Positions 1 to 8,930 of a DNA stretch of 32,000 nucleotides are shown here, piece after piece. The first letter of the stretch is position 1. Every line of letters begins with the position of its first letter. The DNA lies in the NCBI RefSeq assembly GCF_000354175.2, contig NC_022349.1, forward strand, positions 2,550,001 to 2,582,000, in the 5' to 3' direction. The DNA comes from Vibrio alginolyticus NBRC 15630 = ATCC 17749 (GTDB lineage: Bacteria; Pseudomonadota; Gammaproteobacteria; Enterobacterales; Vibrionaceae). Made by a program: the position numbers and the translations under genes. The notes beneath the pieces are model-generated. The model searched no databases, was not told the DNA's origin, and saw only the letters and a list, made by a program, of their open reading frames with translations.

Positions 1-608
1 GGAGATTGGAATAAAAGCGCCGTGCGACCAATACGTAGGAAATCGTAAGTCACGGTTTCCCCATTTCTATCTAGGCTAGCTTTGTAAGATTCAATTGAGC
101 GAGAGAAGCCTTCTTCAATTTGGTAGGCTTCCATCACTTTACGGAATTTCTCAGAAGTCGTTACGTCGGCGCGATCCATGAGACGACGCAGTTCTTGGAC
201 ACGTTTATTACGTTCTTTTTTCTGGAAAGGCAGATCGAGAGTCACAAACTCATCGAGTGCATCGATCATTTTAAGTGTTAGTGGCACTACTTCTGTTGCC
301 GTTTGATCGATCTGAGCAATTTGGTTATTTAATGAGTCCAATTCACCTTGCTGTGATTGAACCATACGGTTAATTTGCTCGTTGTAGACTTTCATGCTGT
401 CGATTTGACGTAGTAAGCCTTTGTATTCTGCCAACATGCCTTCAGTACTTTCGGCATAATTGTCGATTTTTTGTTGCGAAGCTTCTGAAGATTGATTTGC
501 TTTTGCTTGTGTGGAAACGACAGCACCAGAGTTGGCCGCTATAGAGCTACTACTGATAGTAAGCAATGCTGCAGCTATGGCACTGAGACCAAATTCCTTG
601 AATTTCAT
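1..608 (-). CDS. DUF3450/TtpB-like periplasmic coiled-coil protein, the usual first gene of a TonB-ExbB-ExbD cluster (5' part only; continues past the window start)
   Basis: Absent from the ORF track because it runs off the window. I hand-translated the minus strand from the ATG (complement of 606-608): MKFKEFGLSAIAAALLTISSSSIAANSGAVVSTQAKANQSSEASQQKIDNYAESTEGMLAEYKGLLRQIDSMKVYNEQINRMVQSQQGELDSLNNQIAQIDQTATEVVPLTLKMIDALDEFVTLDLPFQKKERNKRVQELRRLMDRADVTTSEKFRKVMEAYQIEEGFSRSIESYKASLDRNGETVTYDFLRIGRTALLFQS. I checked every codon and found no in-frame stop down to position 3. It has a signal peptide followed by a Q-rich coiled coil. The family assignment is from memory of DUF3450 proteins that precede ttpC/exbB/exbD/tonB in Vibrio. 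Confidence 0.75.
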   Translation of the reverse strand, partial: MKFKEFGLSAIAAALLTISSSSIAANSGAVVSTQAKANQSSEASQQKIDNYAESTEGMLAEYKGLLRQIDSMKVYNEQINRMVQSQQGELDSLNNQIAQIDQTATEVVPLTLKMIDALDEFVTLDLPFQKKERNKRVQELRRLMDRADVTTSEKFRKVMEAYQIEEGFSRSIESYKASLDRNGETVTYDFLRIGRTALLFQS

Positions 609-638
609 GGTTGCATCCTTGTCAGTGTTTTAGTCAGT

Positions 639-664
639 CGAAAAGGGCGCGGAAAACCCGCGCC
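639..664 (-). terminator. GC-rich intercistronic hairpin between the receptor gene and the DUF3450 gene (possible partial terminator or mRNA-stability element)
   Basis: On the minus strand: GGCGCGG-guuuu-CCGCGCC, a perfect 7-bp G/C stem (646-652 pairs with 658-664). It is followed by CUUUUC, which has only 4 U. It lies in the 65-nt gap between the receptor stop (674) and the next start (608). Confidence 0.4.
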
Positions 665-673
665 AAATATTTT

Positions 674-3274
674 TTAGAAGTCGTATGATGCCTCGACGTA
701 TAGTTGACGTCCGATTGGATCGTCATACCCAGTTGCATAGAATGGAGAGGTATCGCTTAGAGGATCTGCAGGCGGTACTTTGTCAAACATGTTGATAGCA
801 CCAAGAGTTACACGACCACTCTCGTTGAATTGGTAAGAAGCCGTTAGGTTCCACGTTGTCATACTAGCGATTTCTGCTTTGTAACCCGCTTTTTTAGCAG
901 AATCACAGTCATCAAAGTAGTAACGGTTAGCGTAGCTTGAACACATACGGTCGCGGTATTTACCAAATAGGTTGATAGCGACATCTTCATATGCCCAGCC
1001 AAGATTTAACGTTGCGGTGTATTCAGGCATGAAATCTCTTTCATCCGTTACAGGCTCGCTGTCGTTTTCTTGATATTCAGCAATCAAGATCTTCGTTACA
1101 GCAACACGCGTGTTAAATGAGCCGAACTCATTAGTGTCGTATGCGTATTTGATCGCTAGGTCAATACCAGAACGCTCTTCATACGACTGGTTCACTGGAC
1201 CATAGGATACCGACTTGATGGTGCCATCTGGGTTACGAACGACTTCAGTACCTGGGTATTTACCTGGATCGTTAATTACGTCTTGGTAAGTTGGTGCTGT
1301 TACGACGTCTTCCATCTTGATGTGGTACCAGTCAACAGTTACACCAAGATCATCCACAGGCTCCCACGCTAGGCCCAAGTTAATGTTTGTACTTGTTTCT
1401 TCTTTCAGCTCAGAGTTAGGGCCATTAAGCGTATCGAAGTACTGAGTATCACACTCTGGGTACTTATCTTTATCTTGTGGGCCGCTACCACCAGCGTTGG
1501 CACAAAGCACAGGGTCAAAACCAGAACCAAAGCCTCGAGTTTGATCACCAAATAGTCGCTTCAAGTCTGGAGCTCGGAAGCCTAGACCGTAGCTACCACG
1601 TAGCAATAGGGTGTCAGTAGGACGGTATGCTAGGGCTACTTTAGGAGTGAATGCGCCGCCAGTTGCCGAGTCGTCGAAGTAGTGGTCGTAACGACCAGCG
1701 ACAGTCATTTCTAAATCTTCAATGATAGGAATAAGAGCTTCAACACCAAGACCAATCTGATCGCGGTCACCGCCGCCTGATGTTCCACCTAGACCAGAGA
1801 AACCACCAGCTGCTGTTGTAGCATCAATCGTCTCATTGTAGTCAGTACGGTTCCATTCACCATAAACAGCAAAGCCAGACATACCTGCAGGAAGTTCAAC
1901 CAAATCACCAGCCAGTGAGCCGTTAATAGAGTAAAGCTTTGAGTAAGCTTCTTTGCTTGAAGTGCCGCTGTATTTGTCTACAACGTCTTGTGAGATAGGC
2001 CCTAGAAGATCGACATCACCATTTTGTACAGCTTGGTCGAGAGTTAGAAAGATTGCTGGGTTGCTTGTTTCAACGCTTTGCTCAGAGTAACCAGCGGATA
2101 GGTCCCAATCATACGTATCAGCAAGCAGGCCGTTCAAGCCTAAGGTTAAGCCAAAAGAATCGGCTTCAGTGTTACTTTCGCGTGGTCCAAATTCGACCAT
2201 ACGGCGAGTGTATTCGCCTTCGCCGCGGAAGTGAGTGGCATCAACTTCAACGCTGTAAGGGTTAGGTTCGAATTCAGATTCTGTAGACTTGTAGCCAAAA
2301 CGGGCTTCTGCCATGGCAGTGACATTGTCGTTAATGTCCATTTCACCACGTAAAAGTAGGTCTACTTGTTTGTTTTCTGGTTTTAATGTTCGGTATGCAG
2401 AGCGGTTAACACCACACTTTCCATCCGCTCGTTCAATCGCGGCATCACCAACGACTTCTTTACATGAAGAACCAGCATCAGCTGGTGTTAGAAGTGTTCC
2501 GTTGGCGCCTTCAAAGTTTGCACCGTAGCTAGAGTAGCCACTTAGCTGAGAACGGCTAGAACCGTCATCGCCAGCCCAATCATCTCGGTCAGATTGCTTT
2601 AGCATTTCGTTGCCCGCAAATTGGCCAACGAAGAGAATACGTTTGTCGTCAAAGTTTTTGCCAGCTACAACGTCTAAACGACCATTTTGGTAACCACCAT
2701 CCGTCGCGTCACCCGCGCGTACTTTTACAGAAACGCCATCAAAGTCTTTCTTTAAAATGAAGTTTACGACACCACCGATTGCGTCGGAGCCGTAGATAGC
2801 AGAACCTGAGTCGGTCATTACTTCAACACGCTCAATAGCGGCGACAGGGATTTGGCCGATATCTTGGAAGTTAGATGTACCATCTTGTGCTAGCGGGTAT
2901 TGAGGAAGACGACGGCCATCAATAAGAATCAATGTGCGTGACGCGCCAAGGCCACGTAAGTTGACTGACTGCGCTGCTGGTGTAAACGAGAAAGAGTCTG
3001 TTTGAGCCATTACACCACCTGTGTTTTGGGTCAAACTGTTCAATACGTCTTGCGCGCTGTTAAAGCCTTTAGACTCAATGTCTTTACTATTAATAACAGT
3101 AACTGGTGAAGGACCTTCCATATCCGTCGTGGAGATACGCGAACCAGTAACTTTCATCTTTTGAAGTTTTTCAACTTGCTGCTCTTCTGCCAGTGCTGTT
3201 GCTGGGGCTGCAACTGCTGCTGTCCCCAAAGCAAGGCTTATCGCAACAGATAAAGCGGTTGTGTTTTTATACAT
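674..3274 (-). CDS. TonB-dependent outer-membrane receptor, substrate unknown
   Basis: 866-aa ORF. The signal peptide is MYKNTTALSVAISLALGTAAVAAPATALA. There is a TonB-box-like KMKVTGSRI. Plug-domain motifs are present (IERVEVMTDSGSAIYGSDAIGGVVNFILK). A long beta-barrel region ends in the canonical aromatic terminus ...YVEASYDF. GGAGCAACAAGG precedes the ATG. Confidence 0.93.
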   Translation of the reverse strand: MYKNTTALSVAISLALGTAAVAAPATALAEEQQVEKLQKMKVTGSRISTTDMEGPSPVTVINSKDIESKGFNSAQDVLNSLTQNTGGVMAQTDSFSFTPAAQSVNLRGLGASRTLILIDGRRLPQYPLAQDGTSNFQDIGQIPVAAIERVEVMTDSGSAIYGSDAIGGVVNFILKKDFDGVSVKVRAGDATDGGYQNGRLDVVAGKNFDDKRILFVGQFAGNEMLKQSDRDDWAGDDGSSRSQLSGYSSYGANFEGANGTLLTPADAGSSCKEVVGDAAIERADGKCGVNRSAYRTLKPENKQVDLLLRGEMDINDNVTAMAEARFGYKSTESEFEPNPYSVEVDATHFRGEGEYTRRMVEFGPRESNTEADSFGLTLGLNGLLADTYDWDLSAGYSEQSVETSNPAIFLTLDQAVQNGDVDLLGPISQDVVDKYSGTSSKEAYSKLYSINGSLAGDLVELPAGMSGFAVYGEWNRTDYNETIDATTAAGGFSGLGGTSGGGDRDQIGLGVEALIPIIEDLEMTVAGRYDHYFDDSATGGAFTPKVALAYRPTDTLLLRGSYGLGFRAPDLKRLFGDQTRGFGSGFDPVLCANAGGSGPQDKDKYPECDTQYFDTLNGPNSELKEETSTNINLGLAWEPVDDLGVTVDWYHIKMEDVVTAPTYQDVINDPGKYPGTEVVRNPDGTIKSVSYGPVNQSYEERSGIDLAIKYAYDTNEFGSFNTRVAVTKILIAEYQENDSEPVTDERDFMPEYTATLNLGWAYEDVAINLFGKYRDRMCSSYANRYYFDDCDSAKKAGYKAEIASMTTWNLTASYQFNESGRVTLGAINMFDKVPPADPLSDTSPFYATGYDDPIGRQLYVEASYDF

Positions 3275-4093
3275 CCTTGTTGCTCCGATTATTATTATTT
3301 CCTATGTCTGGCCGCATAGCGGCCAAATGTGACGTTAATATTTCGTTAACGTTCGGCCAATGTATAACCGAGATGAAAAAAGGAAGTCAAACCAGTGGTA
3401 AACGGGGATGCTTAAATGTAAAAAAGATGTAAATAACCAGGCTTTATTTAAAAGGCGGAATAAAAACCGAATAAGGTTTATGAATCGAGATTAAATTTCA
3501 ATAAAACACCGTATTTTGTGTTTCTTATAAACTTTAATGACTTATCTTGCCTATGGTTTTTTAGTGGGTAATTGAATCTGGAAAAAGATATTTTTCCAGT
3601 GAATTGTTCTGAGATGAGTTTTATATCGAATCCATACTTTGTTAGCTCGAACTTATTAGGTGGTATCAAAATATGATACCCATTGCGGTTAAAGGGCTCA
3701 CTCGTATTTTTAGGTCAAATATAACCTTGGATTATGTGTCTATTTATGTGTGTAGGGTGCATTTTTATGTAGGGTTTTGGCTCTAAACAGCCTAGATTGA
3801 TATTCTGTATGAATTATTTTTGTGGTTTTTTATAATTTTTTACAAAAACATTTCTGTTTTTCGACATCGAAGGAAGTTTGTCATGTTTTGGTTTCAAACA
3901 CTTGAAGCTGATGTGGATTCAAGATAAATATGACGCTGAAATTATTGCAGTAGTAGAAAAGTCTAGCTCTTGAGGCGCAGGGAGTGTGCTTCAACAGTTT
4001 TAGTTACTACGAGATAAATATGCACCATTTTGGGCGGAAAATATCCTCTTTCACTCCGTTTGAACTGGACAGTAGACAAGGAGCAAGTTGTAT

Positions 4094-5119
4094 ATGCTGT
4101 CGTACTTTTTACGCCGTTTGGCGTTGGTTATCCCAACGTTTCTCGGGATAACTATTCTCATCTTTGCTATCACTCGTTTCGTGCCTGGCGGACCTGTTGA
4201 ACGCATGTTGTCACAAATGCAGTCTCAGGGAGATGGCGCCGCATCAATGACGTCTGCGGGTGGTAATACGGCCCTTTCTGACGATCAAATCGCGGAGCTG
4301 AATGCGTTTTATGGCCTGGATAAACCTGTAACGGAAGCGTACGTCGAGTGGTTAAGTCGTTTGGTAATGCTAGATCTTGGCGAGTCGACGCGTTACTACG
4401 AGCCTGTCTCGGATATGATCGCAGAGCGTTTGCCAGTGTCGTTGTTTTATGGCGGCATGACCTTCTTTATTAGTTATTTTATCTCGATTCCTCTTGGTTA
4501 CTATAAGGCGCTCAAGCACGGTTCTGTGTTTGATTCCGCCTCTTCAGTACTCATTTTCGTAGGCTACGCGCTACCAGGTTATGTGGTGGGTGTATTGCTG
4601 ATCACGTTATTTAGTTATCACTTGGAATGGTTTCCGATGGGAGGCTTTGTCGGCGATGACTTCGACGATTACGAAACCTTCTTTGAACGCGCTAAAGACA
4701 TTATGTGGCATGCGGTGTTGCCTTTGATCTGTTACCTCATTGGTGATTTTGCCACGCTGACGATGACAATGAAAAATAACCTGATGGAAAACCTTTCCTC
4801 AGATTACATCCGCACCGCAATTGCGAAAGGATTACCTTTCAAAAAAGCAGTTCGTAAGCACGCGTTGCGTAACAGCTTAATTCCGATCGCGAGTCACTTT
4901 GGTAACTCTTTGTTGTTCTTCATGACCGGTGCCTTCCTGATTGAAGTTATCTTCAATATTGATGGCATTGGCTTATTGGGTTACGAATCAATCATGGAGC
5001 GTGATTACCCTGTTGTTATGGGTATTGTCGCCATTAATGCGCTGTTGCTGCTCATTGGTAACATTATTTCAGATATTTGTGTTGCTTTAGTCGACCCACG
5101 TGTGAAGTTTGGAGCGTAA
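4094..5119 (+). CDS. ABC importer permease, YejB/OppB/DppB family
   Basis: The ORF-track start at 4088 is TTG. The ATG at 4094 sits 10 nt after AAGGAG (4078-4083) and is preferred. The N-terminus MLSYFLRRLALVIPTFLGITILIFAITRFVPGGP is typical of DppB/OppB/YejB. The protein is polytopic. Confidence 0.9.
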   Translation: MLSYFLRRLALVIPTFLGITILIFAITRFVPGGPVERMLSQMQSQGDGAASMTSAGGNTALSDDQIAELNAFYGLDKPVTEAYVEWLSRLVMLDLGESTRYYEPVSDMIAERLPVSLFYGGMTFFISYFISIPLGYYKALKHGSVFDSASSVLIFVGYALPGYVVGVLLITLFSYHLEWFPMGGFVGDDFDDYETFFERAKDIMWHAVLPLICYLIGDFATLTMTMKNNLMENLSSDYIRTAIAKGLPFKKAVRKHALRNSLIPIASHFGNSLLFFMTGAFLIEVIFNIDGIGLLGYESIMERDYPVVMGIVAINALLLLIGNIISDICVALVDPRVKFGA

Positions 5120-5120
5120 C

Positions 5121-6164
5121 ATGATTAAAGTTAGTCCATTAACTCAAAAGAAAATTCGTCACTTTAAAGAGATCAAACGAGGCTATTGGTCGTTTGTTGC
5201 TCTTTCTATTATGTTGATCCTTTCTCTATTCGCCGAACTTTTGATCAACAGTAAAGCGCTAGTCGTCAAGTACGATGGTAGCTACTATTTTCCTGTTGTC
5301 AGTGACGTACGTTTAGGTAGCGAATTCGGCCAAGAGTCATCCAGTGAAGCCGATTATCGTGTACTGCAAAAAGCGTTTGAGGCTGAAGGGGGCGACAACT
5401 TTGTTATTTTGCCGCTTGTGCCGTGGAACCCATACGAACAAGATTTTAGTGGTGATTTCCCGCCAACAGCGCCTAGTGCCGAAAATAAGCATTATTTAGG
5501 TACAGATGTGATAGGTCGCGATATTTTGGCGCGACTCGTCTACGGATTCAGAACGGCGATGGGATTTGCGTTGCTTACGATGGCCATTTCCTACGCGATC
5601 GGTACTGCAGTCGGTTGTGCTATGGGTTTTTGGGGCGGTAAATTTGACTTGTTTGTACAGCGACTTATCGAAATCTGGTCAATGGTCCCGTTTTTGTACG
5701 TCATTATGATTCTTGTCTCAATCGTTCAGCCGACGTTCGCTCTCTTTGTCGCTATTAACGTGCTTTTCACTTGGATGGGGATGACATGGTACATGCGGAC
5801 CATGACCTATAAAGAAGCGGCACGAGAATATGTAATGGCGGCTCGTGCTTTAGGGGCATCGACCGGACGTATCTTGTTTAATCACATCTTGCCAAATACG
5901 ATGGTGATGATTGTAACCCTAGCGCCTTTCACTATTGCAGCTAACATCACAGCACTGACTGCTCTCGATTACCTAGGATTAGGCTTGATGCCACCAACGC
6001 CAAGTTGGGGTGAACTACTGCAACAAGGTAAGTCAAACTTAGATTCGCCATGGATTGTTGCGTCAGTAGTGACTTCTATTGTTCTGGTTCTGGTAATGGT
6101 GACCTTTATTGGTGAAGCCATTCGAGCGGCTTTCGACCCGAAAAAATTCACACGCTATGTTTAA
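5121..6164 (+). CDS. ABC importer permease, YejE/OppC/DppC family
   Basis: The ORF-track start at 5109 is TTG inside the upstream gene. The ATG at 5121 follows GGAG (5111-5114) and lies 1 nt after the upstream stop (5117-5119). The N-terminus MIKVSPLTQKKIRHFKEIKRGYWSF aligns with my memory of the E. coli YejE N-terminus. The motif HYLGTDVIGRDILARLVYG is typical of the OppC/DppC family. Confidence 0.9.
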   Translation: MIKVSPLTQKKIRHFKEIKRGYWSFVALSIMLILSLFAELLINSKALVVKYDGSYYFPVVSDVRLGSEFGQESSSEADYRVLQKAFEAEGGDNFVILPLVPWNPYEQDFSGDFPPTAPSAENKHYLGTDVIGRDILARLVYGFRTAMGFALLTMAISYAIGTAVGCAMGFWGGKFDLFVQRLIEIWSMVPFLYVIMILVSIVQPTFALFVAINVLFTWMGMTWYMRTMTYKEAAREYVMAARALGASTGRILFNHILPNTMVMIVTLAPFTIAANITALTALDYLGLGLMPPTPSWGELLQQGKSNLDSPWIVASVVTSIVLVLVMVTFIGEAIRAAFDPKKFTRYV

Positions 6165-6201
6165 GCGAGCATTGTGAGCAAAACATAAAAAGGGAAGTTT
6201 T

Positions 6202-8028
6202 ATGAAGAAATTATTTTTAGCGTCCACGCTGAGCGCCCTGAGTTTTGGTGCAATGTCAGCAACGCTTCCGACTGACTTAAACTGGCAAACAAACTGGGAT
6301 GAGCCTCAATATGGTTCGCCAGAAGCGAAACGTGGAGGGACTTATCGCACCTTTATGTCAAGTTTCCCGCAGACGTTACGTAGTGTTGGCCCAGACGCTA
6401 ATGCAGGGCTACGTTCTTTTATCTTAGATGAAACACCAGGCTTGGTGGTCCGCCACCCAGATACTTTAGAGTTTATCCCTGAGCTTGCTAACGAGTGGGC
6501 GTTAGCAGGTGACAACAAAACGGTCTATTTCAAACTCAACCCTGAAGCCAAATGGTCGGACGGCAAACCTGTGACTGCCGACGATTTCGTGTTCATGCTG
6601 AAGTTTTATCGTTCCAAGGACATCTTGGAGCCTTGGTACAACGATTACTACAACAAAACGATTGCGGATGTTATCAAGTACGACACTCACACGTTTGCTG
6701 TTAAGGCGGCGAAAGAGTTTAATCCGGAAGAGTTGCTGTTACGAATGGGGGCCCTGCGCCCACGTCCCGCACATTTTTATGCTAACCCTTCAAAAGATGA
6801 AAATGGTGACGGTATACATGACAACTTTGTCCGCTACTACAATTTTAAAAGTGAACCAACGACCAGTGCATACTACCTAGATGACATTAAAAAAGGTAAA
6901 AGTGTTACCTTCAAACATGTCGGTGAAGACTGGTGGGGCTACAGCAATAAGTATTATCAACATCGTTATAATGTCGACAAAATCCGCATCACAGTGATTC
7001 GCGACAGTGATATCGCGATGAAGCACTTTGAGAAAGGGAAGCTGGACGCATTTGGTCTTGTTTTACCAAGCTTATGGCATGATAAATCGAATACGGAACC
7101 TTACCAAAAGGGATACATTCAAAAGTTCTGGGGTTACAACCAATTCCCAGTTGGGGCTGGTGGTGTATGGATGAACACCGCGATGCCTTTGCTGGATGAT
7201 TTAAACATTCGCAAGGGCATTACTTACGCGATTGACTTTGATGGCATGATAGAGAATGTCATGCGTGGCGACTACTCCCGTAAACCGAACCCGACCGGTT
7301 ATGGTCATGGTAAATACACCCTACCAGATGCTAAGGCACCGAAGTTTGATCCCGCAAAAGCGGCCGAGGCATTCGAAGCCGCAGGCTTTAACAAAATTGG
7401 TTCTGATGGTATTCGTGTTAATGATAAAGGTGAGCGCTTAAGCTTCGAGCTGACCTACGGAACACCTGTTCATACTCCTCGTATTGCATTTTTGCGTGAG
7501 CAAGCCAAGCTAGCAGGGCTGGATATTGAGCTCAAGTTAGTTGATGGCTCATCCATGTTCAAATACGTACGTGAGAAAAAGCACGATTTGGCTTTCTTAG
7601 ATATGGGTACGTCTGAGATCCCAACGTATTGGGAGTACTTCCATTCAGTCAATGCGAACAAGCCGCAAACTAACTCTTTCACAAACTACAGCACGCCTGA
7701 ACTGGATGAAAAGATCATCGAGTATCGTTTTGGCATGGATATGGATAAAAAGATCCAGCTAGGTCATGAGATTCAGCGTGACATCATTGATGCTCACGTT
7801 ATCGTCCCAGGCTACATGGTTCCTTATGTCCGCTATGGTCACTGGCGCTGGTTAAAGTTTCCAGATAAGCCAATGAATCGCATGACAGAGGCGCTGTTCA
7901 GTGGTGCAATCATAGGCGATGGCACTTACTGGATTGATAGTGATATCAAAAAAGAAACGAAACAAGCGATGAAGTCAGGCAAAGCTTTTGAACCTGTTGT
8001 TGTCGTAGATGACACTTATAAGCTGTAA
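6202..8028 (+). CDS. Periplasmic substrate-binding protein, family 5 (YejA/OppA-like)
   Basis: 608 aa. The signal peptide is MKKLFLASTLSALSFGAMSA. A good RBS (AAAAGGGAAG) is present. Size and sequence are typical of large cluster-C peptide/opine/oligosaccharide binding proteins. The gene sits inside the ABC operon. Confidence 0.88.
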   Translation: MKKLFLASTLSALSFGAMSATLPTDLNWQTNWDEPQYGSPEAKRGGTYRTFMSSFPQTLRSVGPDANAGLRSFILDETPGLVVRHPDTLEFIPELANEWALAGDNKTVYFKLNPEAKWSDGKPVTADDFVFMLKFYRSKDILEPWYNDYYNKTIADVIKYDTHTFAVKAAKEFNPEELLLRMGALRPRPAHFYANPSKDENGDGIHDNFVRYYNFKSEPTTSAYYLDDIKKGKSVTFKHVGEDWWGYSNKYYQHRYNVDKIRITVIRDSDIAMKHFEKGKLDAFGLVLPSLWHDKSNTEPYQKGYIQKFWGYNQFPVGAGGVWMNTAMPLLDDLNIRKGITYAIDFDGMIENVMRGDYSRKPNPTGYGHGKYTLPDAKAPKFDPAKAAEAFEAAGFNKIGSDGIRVNDKGERLSFELTYGTPVHTPRIAFLREQAKLAGLDIELKLVDGSSMFKYVREKKHDLAFLDMGTSEIPTYWEYFHSVNANKPQTNSFTNYSTPELDEKIIEYRFGMDMDKKIQLGHEIQRDIIDAHVIVPGYMVPYVRYGHWRWLKFPDKPMNRMTEALFSGAIIGDGTYWIDSDIKKETKQAMKSGKAFEPVVVVDDTYKL

Positions 8029-8037
8029 GGATTGGTT

Positions 8038-8895
8038 ATGGAAAACGATGTAATCCTAAGTGTTAAAGATCTCGAAGTTGAATTTACCACCGATGATGGG
8101 CCAGTGAAGGTTCTGCATGGTGTGAACTTTGATGTGAGAGCTGGACGTACACTCGGTCTGGTAGGAGAGTCAGGTAGTGGTAAGAGCGTAACCTCAATGT
8201 CGATCATGGGGCTATTACCTAAGCCATATGGCAACATTATCAAAGGTGAAGTGAATTATCGCGGCACCAACCTAGTTGATTTGCCTGCGGAAGAGATGTA
8301 CGCCATGCGTGGCGATCGCATTTCGATCATCTTCCAAGACCCGATGACGGCGCTCAACCCAGTGCACACCATTGGTCGTCAAATATGTGAAGTGCTTGAG
8401 CTCCATCGACCTGAGCTCGACAAAAAGGAGCGGGAGGCGTACTCGATTGAAATGCTGGCAAAAGTAAAAATTCCAATGCCAGAGAAGCGATTGAATGAGT
8501 ATCCCCATAACCTATCTGGTGGTATGCGCCAGCGTGTCATGATCGCGATGGCATTGGCCTGTAAGCCGGATATTCTGATTTGTGATGAACCGACTACAGC
8601 GTTGGATGTTACGGTTCAGGCGTCTATCCTTGAACTGATGAACGAGCTTCAGGAAGAAACGGGCATGGCGATGATCTTCATCACTCACGATCTCGGGGTT
8701 GTGGCAGAAGTGTGTGATGATGTTGCCGTGATGTATGGCGGACGTATTGTCGAAAAAGCAGAAATTTTTGAGTTGTTTGATAACCCGCAGCACCCATACA
8801 CAGAGCGTTTAATGGGATTGATGCCGAGCTTAGATAATGAGCCGAAGCAGATGATCGATATCAAGCCTATTGATGCCAGTATGTTTGCCAGTTAA
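8038..8895 (+). CDS. ABC transporter ATP-binding protein (OppD/DppD-like)
   Basis: The ORF-track start at 8032 is TTG. The ATG at 8038 is 6 nt after AAGGA. Walker A is GESGSGKS, the signature is LSGGMRQR, Walker B is [12 protein letters not shown], and the H-loop is ITHDL. Confidence 0.93.
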   Translation: MENDVILSVKDLEVEFTTDDGPVKVLHGVNFDVRAGRTLGLVGESGSGKSVTSMSIMGLLPKPYGNIIKGEVNYRGTNLVDLPAEEMYAMRGDRISIIFQDPMTALNPVHTIGRQICEVLELHRPELDKKEREAYSIEMLAKVKIPMPEKRLNEYPHNLSGGMRQRVMIAMALACKPDILICDEPTTALDVTVQASILELMNELQEETGMAMIFITHDLGVVAEVCDDVAVMYGGRIVEKAEIFELFDNPQHPYTERLMGLMPSLDNEPKQMIDIKPIDASMFAS

Positions 8896-8930
8896 CTGGG
8901 CAAAGTGAACCAGTCATAAAAGAGGATGTT

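Noticed and set aside
492-677. 61-aa plus-strand ORF from the ORF track
   Set aside because: It lies antisense to the DUF3450 gene start and spans the intercistronic hairpin. It has no RBS and a Cys/Arg-rich nonsense composition. It is a shadow ORF.
2053-2528. Three 67-71-aa ORFs (2053..2265 +, 2146..2349 -, 2313..2528 +) inside the receptor gene
   Set aside because: They are fully embedded in, or out of frame with, a well-supported 866-aa receptor CDS. They are typical shadow or alternative-frame ORFs.
3285-3303. Fur-box-like ATAATAATAAT run next to the receptor RBS
   Set aside because: It is only a loose match to the GATAATGATAATCATTATC consensus. It is simple A/T repeat sequence and sits in the leader rather than over a recognisable promoter. 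This is not enough to call iron regulation.
3193-3669. 79-aa (+, 3193..3432) and 63-aa (-, 3478..3669) ORFs in and near the long intergenic region
   Set aside because: The first overlaps the receptor start in antisense. The second starts at TTG inside an inverted repeat, has no Shine-Dalgarno, and is K/F/N-rich AT-driven sequence. Neither has support as a gene, although the region itself is flagged as a finding.
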